This document shows positions 27,760-39,605 of a stretch of 64,000 bases of DNA, piece after piece. The position numbers and the translations under genes are program-made. The notes under the pieces are model-generated. The model had not been told where the DNA came from and searched no databases. It saw only the letters and a program-made list of their open reading frames with translations. Source of the DNA: Phaeosaccion multiseriatum (taxonomy: Eukaryota > Protista > Ochrophyta, other classes); assembly GCA_965112735.1 (NCBI GenBank), contig OZ218951.1:5704001-5768000 (forward strand). The letters run 5' to 3'. The stretch's first letter is position 1, and every line of letters starts with the position of its first letter.

Positions 27760-28768
27760 CTACTTCTTCTCTTTGTCTCTCGGCTGTGCAGGGCAAGGTA
27801 AGGCAAGGTAAGGCAAGGGAAGGCAAGGGAAGAGAAGGGGGTGAGAAGGGGGGAGGGGGTGGATCATTGGCGCTTGGCGGTCGCGACAGAAGGCCTCCTG
27901 CTTCCCCAAGGCTGTCGAGCGGGTTGGTGACGCAAGCACTCCCCCTCCCCTCACTGCCTCTCCCAAGCGCCCGCCACAAGCGGAGGGCACGGCGACGCGC
28001 AACAAGCCGGTGGATATCCACCTCTATCTCCTATCTATACCTCTATCTCACGTCTATGCCATTTCCATCTCTCTCCCGTCTCATCACAACACCCTCAGTC
28101 CCTCCCTCCCTCTCCCCTCCGCACCAAGTAAGTCAATACATTCCACTCCCCTCCTACCTTTATCTCCTCCCCCGTGGCCTGGTGTATGAGGATTGCATTG
28201 GGCTGGTTGGGTATGGCGTGCTCGTACCCCTTACTCCAGTCGTAGCTCAGTGCGTACGCGTAGAGCTCCCCACAGGGGCTAAAGGCGGCGGTGGTGATGG
28301 AGTTCTGCAGCCCCGCTGCCGTGTCGCGCTTGTCGAACGCCTTGAGCCGCTGCCGGCTGTCCTTGTCCCAGAAATTGAAACTATTAGTTCCAAAAATGAA
28401 TTCATAGGCAGGCATGTGGGCAGGCAGGCAGGTGGGCAGGCAGGTAGGCAGGCAGGCAGGCAGACAGGTAAGCAGGCAGACGCGGAGCGGATCGGATCGG
28501 ATCGGATTGGAGCGGATCACACAAAGAAGGAGAAGAGAGCAAAAAGAGGAGGAGGGAGGGAGGGTTGGTTGGGTGTGTGAGGTGTGAGTTTGTGTTGCTG
28601 GACCTCATTAGACAGAGTGTTGCTGGATACAGCCCGGCCAGCTTAGCTCGATGCGTCTCGCCCCCCGGCTGCGGCCCTGTCCCCCACGAGAAAAGGACAG
28701 AGACAGAGAGAGAGAGAGACCGAGAGAGACAGAGAGAGAGAGAGATAGGCAGACCGACAGGCAGACAT

Positions 28769-28802
<34 letters not shown>

Positions 28803-31084
28803 CAGACAGACAGACAGACAGGGACAGAGGCGGAGACACTGCCTGCCCCCACCTCCCTGGATTACTACGAAGTCAATAAATACCGCATTCTGGAGGGAAA
28901 GTGCGTCATGTGCATGTGCAGCGCCTCACCTTCCGTCTGAACCCGCCGTGGCGAATGTGCCGAGCGGGTGGAAGGTGATGTCGTTAACTGCAAACACCTG
29001 GTTCTGCGCCTTGCTGCCCGCTACGATCTGCGGAAAACAAACAACAGAGACCCAGGGGCGGCAGGTGTGCGGCAGAGGGGTGAGGGGGGGAGAGGAGCGG
29101 GGCTTCAGGGGGGCGTCAGCGGGCGACCACACGGATCCGGTAGAAGGCCAAGGAAGAAGCACATACACGCAGCCGGCCGACTAACTGACTAACTGACTAA
29201 CTGACCCATCGACTATTCCAGCTACTTGCCTCTCCGCCTGCACTGACTAACCTGTTTGTCTCTCCGATGGCACTTGAAGGCGAAGCTCTTCTTGGTGGGG
29301 GTGAGGCCCTTGTTGGCGCTGCCAGCTGTGAGCTCGTTGATGTATTCGATGCCCACGCGGCCCTCGATGCTGCCCACTGCGAACCCTCCCGGCTGGCCGC
29401 TGTCGTCCTTCCTGCTCCAGACAAGGCAGGGAAGGGGCACATGGGTAGGGCAGGGAAAGGTGGGGCGGGGCGGTGGGTGGGTGGGTGCCAGCGGCAAGGT
29501 GCCAGCGGCAAGGTGCCAGCGGCAAGGTGCCAGCGGCAAGGTGCCAGCGGCAAGGTGCCAGCGGCAAGGTGCCAGCGGCAAGGTGCCAGCGGCAAGCACA
29601 CGCACACCCTCAAGGAGAGGTTACCTTCCTAATCACAACCAAGCACGCACATCCTGACACCTGACACCTGACACCCGACACACCCATCACACACACACAT
29701 ACACACTCAATCATCCCTGCTAAACACCAGGTACCAACTCCTGCGTACGCTTACGTGCGTACGTACGTACGTACCAGCAGGCCAGGCACCTCGTCTGATA
29801 CTTGAGCGGCGACATCTTGCGCGCGTACTCCGTGGGCCTGCCCGTGGACAAGTCGTAGGCGAGTATGGTGCGGTTGGCGTCCCCGCAGGCCACCACCAGC
29901 AGCGGGTACAAGGCATCCATGGCGTAGACACGGTCCGGAACGGTGGTGGTGGAGGTGGGTTGCGGGGAGCGGGGGTCCCACAGCTGGCGGAGGGGGGGGG
30001 AGGGGGCATGAATAAATGGTGATTTGCCACCCCCTCTTCAGTTGCCGTCTACACGCCTCCTACTTCCACAAGCACCCTGCTTTCCCAATATATATATATA
30101 TGATATATATATACGTCATATGCGAAATGAAGAATACATATAATTGCCCTTCTAACCTTTACTGTTTTGTCCCAGCTGCCAGTGGCGAGCACGTTGATTC
30201 CCGGGATCCACTTGCACCACCTGAAGAGAGGAGAGGAGACAGCACCGCACCACAAAGGGTTTCTGAATACTCGTGTGTGCTGTGCTGAGGAACCGCCAAG
30301 CCCTCCCTCTCTCAGACTCTTGTCTTGTATGTACTCTGCAAAGAGCCATCATTTACATCAGTTTGCTAGCTACAAAGAGCAAATCACTTGCGCCGAAGTC
30401 CGTGGAAGCCCCCCCCCCCCCTCCTCCCTTTCTGCCTGCCTCTACTCACTTGACCGCGTGGTCGTGTGCAGCCACTTGTGTGGGGGCCGACCCCGCCTGG
30501 CCGAGATTCCACATCATCACGGTCTTGTCGCAACCCCCCGCGAAGACCATGCCGCCGTCGGGGGAGAAGTCTGAACACAGCACAGGCCTATAAAGGGTGG
30601 ACAAGTGGAGGAAGAGTTTTGGGTGGGGAGGATGGCGCGGTTAAGTGGAGAGTGGAGAGGCCATTCGTCATTCGTCACTCACGAAAGCAGACTTTGTCGC
30701 CAGCCGAGGCCGAGTGGCGGGGGGGGTCAATGAAGGCAGCCCCTCGACTTGCTCTAGTAAATCAAGCCGCCCACACCTCATTATTTGACCCCCTGCTGTT
30801 CCACGCCTCTCTTCAAATCTCGCGTCTAGTGTCGCTCACCCTTGCAGCTTGGTCTCTGCCGCTGGCTGGGCCCCGATCACGGGCCCAGTGTTCATGTTCC
30901 TCTGCAGCTGCCAGGCCCTAACGTTTCCGTCCCAGCTGCCCGCCACGAAGAGCTGATTGCCGCTGGGGCTGAAGCCGACCGTGCTGATGCTGTCGGCAGG
31001 GGGGGATGGCAACTCAAAGTCCCGGGCCACAGCCGCCCCCAGCGAAGTGGCCCTGCCGGTGTTGAAGCCTCCGCCGAACGCCAT
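27760..31084 (-). CDS. RAE1: mRNA export factor RAE1/Gle2 (WD40 repeat)
   Basis: About 8 exons. [74 protein letters not shown] and ALSYDWSKG. The last exon encodes PRDKEKK*. Confidence 0.93.
29485..29597 (+). repeat. 14-bp minisatellite TGCCAGCGGCAAGG, ~8 copies
   Basis: Directly visible in a RAE1 intron. Confidence 0.95.
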
Positions 31085-31429
31085 GCCTCCTCACCCCCCC
31101 TCCCCTCTGCTTTGCTTGCAAAGGTGCAGCGTTTGCTTGCAGAGTGCAGCGCCCTCCCTGAGGGGCAAGCTCTCTCTTTGGGCTTCGCCAAACCTGCAAA
31201 GCGTTCCCTTAGTTATGGGGAGTTCCCTCAGTGCCTGTCTGGAACACCCATTAACGCCTTGCTATCTTGCTGATCCAATACCAACTACGCCATGCGAGTG
31301 ATTCGATCGGGGATATCATTGGGGGGGGATGGCGGCTGGTGCGGGAAAAAATTTGAGATCAGGATCAGCCAGAGTGGAGGTGGGAAAGGAAAAACAAAAA
31401 ACACAATTAATAGAAGAGGGGAAGGCATA

Positions 31430-32220
31430 ATGGTGAGCGCCATCATAAGAGGGCTGCGTCTTGTGGACGGGGTCGCCGCTGCAGTTGCCGGGACAGCGCG
31501 AGGAGTGATGTGCAAACGACAGCCCCAACCACAGCAGCTGGTCCAGCTGGGTCACATGGTGCGAGGGCTCAGCACGAGCATGAAACGCTCAGAGGAGGAG
31601 GCGGAGGAGCAAGGGAAGGAGAAGAAGACGGGAGGGGGGGTTGCAGGCCAGAAGTCATCTGCGCCGTCAACTCATCAACGCATCCAAGGGCGCCGCAGGT
31701 GAGACGTCGTGGGTGTGATTAAATAATACCCCTCTCTTAACCCTATTAGGTTGAGACGTCTTTAAACCCAGTCACCTAACCCATCCCGCCTCAGGTTTTA
31801 CAAGCACGTGTCGGTGCAGCCGGCTGCCGAGGCCGGGACTGGCTGGGAGATCTGCCTAGACCAGCACGTGCTTAGGACCCCGGCTCGCTCACCCCTCACC
31901 TTCGACTCCCGCCTGCTGGCCATGGCCGTGGCGGCGGAGTGGGACAGTCAGGACGGGAAAAAGGGCATCTCCCCCTCGTCAATGCCCCTCATGACTCTGT
32001 CCTCCACCACCCTCGATCAGGTAGGGAGAGAAGAGGGGGGGAAGGAGGAAAAGGGGGCATCGAAGAAGGGGGAGTGCAGGTGCCCACATGTTCCTCTCTC
32101 TCTACCTACCCATGTATCTATCTCTATCTAACTATCTATCGATCTATCTATTTTTCTATCATCCTACCTATCTGTCTATCTGTGTCACTGACCCTTTCTA
32201 AGCAGACCTGTCGCCTCTGC

Positions 32221-32262
<42 letters not shown>

Positions 32263-33568
32263 ATGTGCGTGTGTGCCCGTCTCCAGGTGGCCTTGGACCC
32301 CCAAACGCTCATCGCCAACGTCATGCAGTACCTCGCGACAGACACCATATGCTTCTACGCAGACGAGAAGGAGCAGCCGGTGAGACACACGCATCCATCA
32401 CGCACACCAACTTGTCGGTAGCCCCAGTCTATGACAGACTGCCCTCTTTTCCTCTCCTCACTCACTCACTCCCTCCCTCCCTCCCTCTCTCTCTCTCTCT
32501 CCATCCTTCCCTCCCTCCCTCCCCCTCCCCTGTCTCTCTACTTCTTCTCTCTGCCCCCATCCCATCAGGAGCTCCTCTCCACACAGCGCGAGTTGTGGGA
32601 GCCCGTGCACCGCTGGGCAGAGGCAGAGTTTAAGGTGAAGTTGGGCACCACGACCACCCTCTATGATATGCCCAAGCACGGCCATGACACCATGCAGAAG
32701 GTGAGCACGGGAGCACGGAGCAGGGCAGGACGGAGGCCTCTACACAGTATGTGGTGATCATCGACACTGTATGTGGTGATCATCGACACTGTATGTGGTG
32801 ATCATCGACACTGTATGTGGTGATCATCGACACTGTATGTGGTGATCATCGACACTGTATGTGGTGATCATCGACACTGTATGTGGTGATCATCGACACT
32901 GTATGTGATGATCATCGACACTGTATGTGGTGATCATCGACACTGTATGTGATGATCATCGACACTGTATGTGGTGATCATCGACACTGTATGTGGTGAT
33001 CATCGACACTGTATGTGGTGATCATCGACACTGTATGTGGTGATCATCGACACTGTATGTGGTGATCATCGACACTGTATGTGGTGATCATCGACACTGT
33101 ATGTGGTGATCATCGACACTGTATCTCTCTCCTCTCTCGTCTTCGCTCTCCCTCTCTCTTCTCTCCCTCCCTCCCTCCCTCTCTCCCTCTCTCCCTCACC
33201 CCTCCCTCCCTGCCTCCCTCCCTCCCTCCCCCCTCCCTCCCTGTCTCTCCTCGCTCTCTCCCTCCCCCCCCCCCTCCGCCCACCCTCAGGTGGAAGCCGC
33301 TGTCTCCTCGCTGGACCCATGGGCTCTCTCTTGCCTGCAGTGCGTAACCGTCGAGTGTAAGAGCCTGCTGCTGGGCCTCGCTGTTCTGCACCGACACATC
33401 ACCCCCTTACAGGCCTTTGAGGCGTCCCAAGTAGAGGAGACACACAACATCAACGCATGGGGGCTTGTTGAGGGCGGGCATGATGTCGACCACGCCAACG
33501 CACACATGATGCTCTATGCCGCATCCACGCTCATGGGACTAAGGAGGGCGGACGCTGCTGCCATTTGA
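31430..33568 (+). CDS. ATP12: Mitochondrial F1-ATPase assembly chaperone ATP12 (ATPAF2)
   Basis: 5 exons. Mitochondrial-type presequence, RRFYKHVSV, LRTPA, AVAAEWDSQ, MPLMTL, YLATDTICF and WGLVEGGHDVD. Confidence 0.93.
32747..33124 (+). repeat. 22-bp minisatellite GTATGTGGTGATCATCGACACT, ~17 near-identical copies
   Basis: Directly visible in ATP12 intron 4. There are no spacers between units. Confidence 0.97.
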
Positions 33569-34677
33569 GAGGAGGGGGAGAGGGGAGGGGGTGGGGGGGG
33601 GATGGAGAGCTGCGTGAGGGGTTGAGGAGGAGCTTCCCTCCCTCCTTCCGCCCCCCTCCCTCCTCCAAGAGATCGAGGCCGCTGGCTGGCTGGAGTAAGG
33701 CACGCTTCTGAGTCAGCGCGGATGCGAATCTTGAGAGTACCATCGTGCATCTGCTGGGTACGAACGCTTTCGAGTACAATCCAACTGGAACGGAAACTGC
33801 AGGGCAGAATGGCGGAGGGGGCTTAACGCACTCTGAGCTGGCCATCGATGCGAGCTTGAGAGAGAGAGAAGGACTGGGGGGGGGTGGCAATGGATGGCAA
33901 GACCCGCTGAGGAGCGCGGTGCTGGATCTCCTCCTATCTAGGGGATGGCACTGGAAGGCTCCGTCGGGGTGGGGGGGGCAACCTGCAGCGAGGATGGACC
34001 GACGCCGCGTGGCCCTGCCCTGAGCTAAGGGAAGGGCGCTTGCACACACTGAGTCGCCGCGAGCTGTGCCATCGCTGTGCCATCGCTGTGCTTCTGCTCT
34101 GCTCGCAAGGAGCGGCTGCAGGACGAATCACAAAAAGAGGGCACGCTCATGGAGCCTCTCCCGTTCGTGTCGGATAGCCAATTGGAGGGAAGTCGCAAGG
34201 AGGAGCAGCGGTGCACCCGGCCAGGTGAAATTCAAACTTGCTAAAGGGGAGGGGCTTGTAGTTGCTTTGCGGCCTGCCCATATGCCGGCCTGCCTGCCCA
34301 TATGCCTGCCTGCCTGCCCCCCTTTGGTGAGTTACACCTGTTGGGGTGGATCGCTCCTCCGCTCCTTGCGACTTTCATAGCAGTGTCACGGCAGTGTCAT
34401 CGCCTTGAAGTTAAGCAGGCCATTCATCGCTCGAAAAGGAATGGAAGCATGCAATAGAATTGAAATGAACCTTATTCCTTATTCTCCCTCTCCGCCTCAC
34501 CACAAAGGGTGTTCTGTCGAACTCTGCAAAAACTCTGCCAAACGGGGGCCAATTAGGCTTGGGCCGTTCCAAGTACGGCGACACCCGCCTATATTTATTG
34601 ACTTAATAGGAGTCATCTAAGAAACTGAAAGTGTGTGTGTACAGAGAAGACGGAATGCCTCCTCTCCGCTCTCTCCT

Positions 34678-37600
34678 TTAGAGCTGGAAGGTCTCTTCGT
34701 GGAAGTGAAACGCCATCCCCCCGCCCCTCCCTGCGGCGCTGCACGCCGCCCCCGCCGCTCGCAGCAAGCCCCTTGGGCCGCATGCCAGCACGGCCACCCT
34801 CTCCCTCCCCCCCCCCGGGGCAGTGCCCCCCCGGAGGCCCTCTCGGGCAACAAGGTCCAGCAGCACCGCCCGTAAGTCGGGCCGTCCTTGCTTCGCCCCG
34901 AAGTTCCCTCCACTGCCATCTCCTCCTTCTCCTCCTTCTCCTCCTTCTCCTCCTCCTCCTCCTCCTCCTCCTACCTCTGCACCAGTCACATACACTTGGG
35001 CGCTGAATCTCACCCTTGGCAGCCACTCTTGGTCGCCTTCTTCCTTCTGCTCGTCCAGCGGTACCTGCTTAGCCCGCTGCACCCGCTCGAGTAAGTCACG
35101 GAAGGTGTGCAACTCGGTGGAAGAGCGCACAGCCCAGTGCAGCTCCACCGTCCGCAGCTGAGGCATGTGCATGGTCCTCACCGCTCCCACCTCCCCCATG
35201 GAATGTTCATCGTCGTCACCTCCCCCCTCTCTCCTGCTCCGTCCACTGCCTTCCTCTCCATTCAACAACTCCCCCAAGATGCTCGCCATGGGGGTGATGC
35301 CCACCCCCCCCGCCACCAACACCACGTGCTCGCAGCACTCGTACGGCACAGCACACACCCCGTAGGGCCCGTCCACTCTCATCGAGGCTCCAGCACAGAG
35401 CGAGACAAGGCGGCGGGACCAGTCGCCGCCCTCTCCGCAGCCACTCAGGGCATGAAAAGTGACCGCCCCGGGGGTGGAGGGGCTGGAGCTGATGGAGAAG
35501 GGGTGCCACTCCCAGCAGGAGAGTGCAGGGAAGTGCAGAAAGGCGTACTGGGGGGGCGGGGGGGGGAGGGCAAGCAGAGGAAGAAGTGAGATGCGAGCCT
35601 GTGTTAGTCGTAGGTGTAGACGGGGGGGGGGATGTGACCCGGGGGCGGGGGGGACTCACTCTTGGCTGCGCAACACGAAGCACCAACGCCCGACCCACCC
35701 TCGCATCATGCCATGAATACACACACACATACACGCACACAAGACACACATACACACACACAGAGAGAGAGAGATGTAGTGCCGTGCGGTTGGTGTGTGG
35801 TGCAGAGGGACCGCTCCACCCCTCCACCCCTCCACCCCTCCACCCCTCCACCCCTCCACCCCTCCACCCCTCCACCCCTCCACCCCTCCACCCCTCCACC
35901 CCTCCACCTCTCCACCTCTCCCACTCGCCTCTACGCCATACTTGTCGTGACTACGCACCTGCCCGGCCCGAAAGTCTGTCTTCCACTCCACCTCAATCCT
36001 CACCAGCCTCTCCCCCTGCCCCCTGCTCACGCCCACCAACGAAGCCTTTCCTCCTCCACCCCGGCCCAGGCCTAAGCAGCCCCTGGCCCTGAGGGAGGTA
36101 TAGAGCTTGTCGGCAGCCAAGAGCAAGAGGCTCCACAGCACGGCTTGGCGGACGTAGGGGTCGTGAAGGAGGATGAGCAGCACGAAGGAGTATGTCAGGC
36201 ACACGTGGCTGGCGTAGAACACATTGAAGAACTGAGGAGGAGGAGGGGGGGTAGGGGGGATGGCAGTGGAGGGAGGACGAACGAGGGGGGTGCGTGAGAG
36301 TGAGAGAGTGACGTGGGCATCGATAGGAAGGGCGTGAGTGAGCAAGTGAGTGCCTGAGTGACTGACTGACTGAGTGAGAGCGAGTGACTGAGTGCATGAG
36401 CGTATGAGTGGGCTTGCCCCATTTCCAAGTAAGCCCCTGCGCGCTTCATCTTGCGGCAGCATTCCATGGGTCAAGACGCTGAATTACCAACCGCATAGCT
36501 TAGCGTCTGCACAACCCTGACATGCACCCCCTTCCCCTCCTGCCTCCCCGCTGCGCAGCGTAGTCTAAAACAGCCCCCCACGCACGACCCACACGCACGC
36601 ACGCACCCACGCCCTCACGCTTACCCTTCTCCTCACGAAGGAGGTGGCCAGCAGCCCGAACGTGAGGTACGCAAGGAACGCCAAGTTGCCCGTCACATGC
36701 ACAGTGTCATCCCAGCGCATCAGCAGGTGGTGTCTATCGCCGTGCAGGTACATGGGGGGGAGCACCAACACGCCAAGCAGGCGGTGGTACTTGATCAGGC
36801 GCTCCCAGCTCACGCCAGACACGAGGGTCAGCACGTTGTTCTTGCTCACGAGCAGCAGTACAAAGCCGATGAGGCGGGACAGGCCGGGGCCCCTGCGTAC
36901 GCACGTTGGTGATATGATACAGGGGGCGATAGCGGTGCAGTCGGCACCACCAGGTGGAGGAGGGAGGAGGGAAGGAAGGGCGGGCGGGGGGGCACAGTGT
37001 CATAGGGTAGGTAAGACGGTGACACTCGAGAAGGGTCCTTCGTGCTGCAATTCATTCCCTCCCTCCCTCCCTCCCTCCCTCCCTCCCGTCCTTGCTTCCT
37101 GTCTCTACTATCGTCTTTCCTCCCTTGCATCTATTCTTCCGTCCTCCCTCTCCCCCCCCCCCCTTCGCTCTTGGTCTCCCCCACAATGAACACGACTCAA
37201 TTGCCTCCCTCCCTCCCTCTCTCCCTTCCCTGCATCTTCCGTCCTTCCTCTCTTCTCCTCCTTACCCTTCTCTCGCGGTGTCCCCCACCGTGAAGACGAA
37301 GGCGAACACGAGCAGGAGCCCCAACACCTCGGGCAGTCTCATGGTCAGGCTCGTGACCACCAAAGGAATGGTGTACGGCCTTGTCAGCCATGTGGATCTG
37401 CCCAGAGACAGCGCCAGCCCCCCGCGCATGTCTTCCCAGCGGCGAAGCAGCCCCGTCCGCTTCCTGGAGTGGTCATACCTGCACACAGGGGGGGTGGGGA
37501 GGGGGGGGGAGTAAGGAAGGAGGGACAGAACATCCGAAGGACAGAAGATTAATTCCAAGGGCTTCCTTCGAACGGTCTGTGAACGGGGCGGTCTTCGAGC

Positions 37601-38009
37601 AGGAGAGGACACGGGCACCAGCCACACTCTTGCCCCACAATTGCGTGCACGCACATCCTTCATTGCGAGGGGCCCAGAGAAGCCTGCCTACGCCGCTCAA
37701 TTCATTTGCATCAGCAGCAGCCCAAGCTAAGCGAGATGCAACAAGAGCAGCGTGTCGTTCGGCACTCTTCCCGCGTGTACAGCACCGCCAAAGCGCCGTG
37801 TGCCGCGTTGTCAAGAGTATGTTTTTTTACCTTGGGTACTTTAGGTGCTGGCTGTCCTCGTCGTCCCCAAAGAAATGCCCGCTACCTCCACTACTGCCTC
37901 CCATCCTCCCCAGCTCAATCTGCGGGAGCACGGAGTGAGGATGCTTGCCTCCCCGTCTCGGCTCTTTGGGAGATGCCCATTCCTCAACTCCTTCTTCCTC
38001 TTGGAGCAT
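34678..38009 (-). CDS. Ferric reductase / NADPH oxidase family transmembrane flavocytochrome (FRO-like)
   Basis: About 5 exons (38009-37831, 37478-37266, ~36892-36625, ~36231-35959, ~35548-34678). Heme His pairs KYHRLLG...LHG and SHV...LLH, FAD motif EWHPFSISS, VDGPYG, NADPH motif LVAGGVGITP, GRPD, ACGP and C-terminal HEETF. Confidence 0.9.
35813..35910 (+). repeat. (CCCCTCCA)n 8-bp repeat, read as TGGAGGGG in the sense strand of the FRO-like gene
   Basis: Directly visible at the 5' side of a minus-strand intron. Confidence 0.93.
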
Positions 38010-38164
38010 GATGGACTTAATGTAGCGAAAGGTGCTGGTGTCGCTTCGATTCCTACTCAGTCGTTTAGCCTAGTTCCCTCCGCAAGCAAGGCAAGAAAGG
38101 AGTCAAGGTTGGAGATTTTGGGGCGTAAAAGCCTGTACGGGGCTCAGCTTTTATATTAAGCAGC

Positions 38165-39570
38165 TTAAGCAGCCCTGACACGCTTACCGCGTTGGTGATA
38201 CAATATTCGATGTTGCCCCAACCACAGATGGCAAGCACATCGATATTATCCCTTACCATCACATTCGGCGAGAGTATGGAGCAATGGGAGGGAGGGAGGG
38301 AGGAGGTTGTTAGCACATCGACGTCCGCTTCCATCACATCCGGGACCACATCAAGGAAGGAGCCTTGGATGTGGTCCCGAATGTGGTGGAAGCGGACGTC
38401 GATGTGCTAACAACCTCCTCCCTCCCTCCCTCCCTCTCTCCCATTGCTCCATACTCTACGCCGAATGCTTGCCTCCCCCTCCCTCCCTACTTGATGATGC
38501 CTTCCACGGCCAGCATGCGCAGCCAGGCCGCCTCCCACTGCGAGTACACATCCAACCCCTCCACTTCGCCATCCATGATGCCCGCATACAGGGCCGCCCC
38601 TAGCGCCACCGCCTCGTCCGGATTCACCGTGGTGCGTGGCTGCACCCCCGTGACTGCCGCCACAAGGCGCCGCACACAGGGCATGCGCGTCACCCCTCCT
38701 ACCAGCACCACCTCGTCCACACGCCGCATGCCCGAGGGGAAGGAGCGAAGCTTGGCGTTGCCCTCCACGTCGTTGAGCTCCCTCTGCAGGCGGGACAGCT
38801 CTCCGGTCAGGCTGCGGTTGTTACTGTCTTTGCTCTTCTGGCGGGCCTTCTTGCTGCTCTGGAGCTTGCGTACTCGCTTGAGTTGGCCGGGGCTGAGCTC
38901 GGAAGGGTCCTTGGCTGCAAGTGGGCGATGGCAGTGGACGCGTTGGGTTGAGAAGAGGGGGAGAAGGCAGTGGACGGCTTGGATAATGCACTACACAATT
39001 AAGAAGGGCTACCTGCATTACTGACTGAGTGACCAACTGGACTGACTGGCTCACTGGCTCATCTCTACCGCCGCCGGACAGACACACAAACCCGACAGAA
39101 AGTCCGACCGACTGACCGACAGACCGACTGACACATGAACCGAATGACCAACTCACCTAGGAGGTCCTCGTCGGGCTCTCTATCCAGCATTGCCTCGGCC
39201 ATCCCTCCCGTCTCCCCGGGCAGCGAAACGTCCGCCATAATGGCCACTTCCCGGAGGGGCCGCAGCAGCCGCTGAAGGTCCTTGCGCAAGATGCGCTCCA
39301 TGCGCTTGCGAGTCATCACCTGAGGCATCGAGGGGCGGTGGCGTGAGACGAGGTGAGGTGGGGTGAAGTGGGGGCCCATCCCACCCTGCCCCGCCTTACC
39401 GTCTCTACGCCTTCAGCGCCGTCGAGGAAGGGAAATTCGATATCGACTTCCTTTTTCGTGCTGAGCTCTATGCGCATCTGCTCTGCGCGGTCCTTGAGGC
39501 TGCGCATCTTCACAGGATCGTTACGGGGGTCCATGCCGCCTGTCGAATGTCAATGGGTGTGTGTGTGTGA

Positions 39571-39605
<35 letters not shown>

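Noticed and set aside
32747-33124. CRISPR-like appearance of the 22-bp arrays (also 23100-23236 and 17906-18198)
   Set aside because: The units are contiguous with no unique spacers, there are no cas genes, and they lie within spliceosomal introns.
33569-34677. Short ORFs between ATP12 and the FRO-like gene
   Set aside because: No motifs or convincing splice structure. The region is consistent with convergent 3' UTRs.
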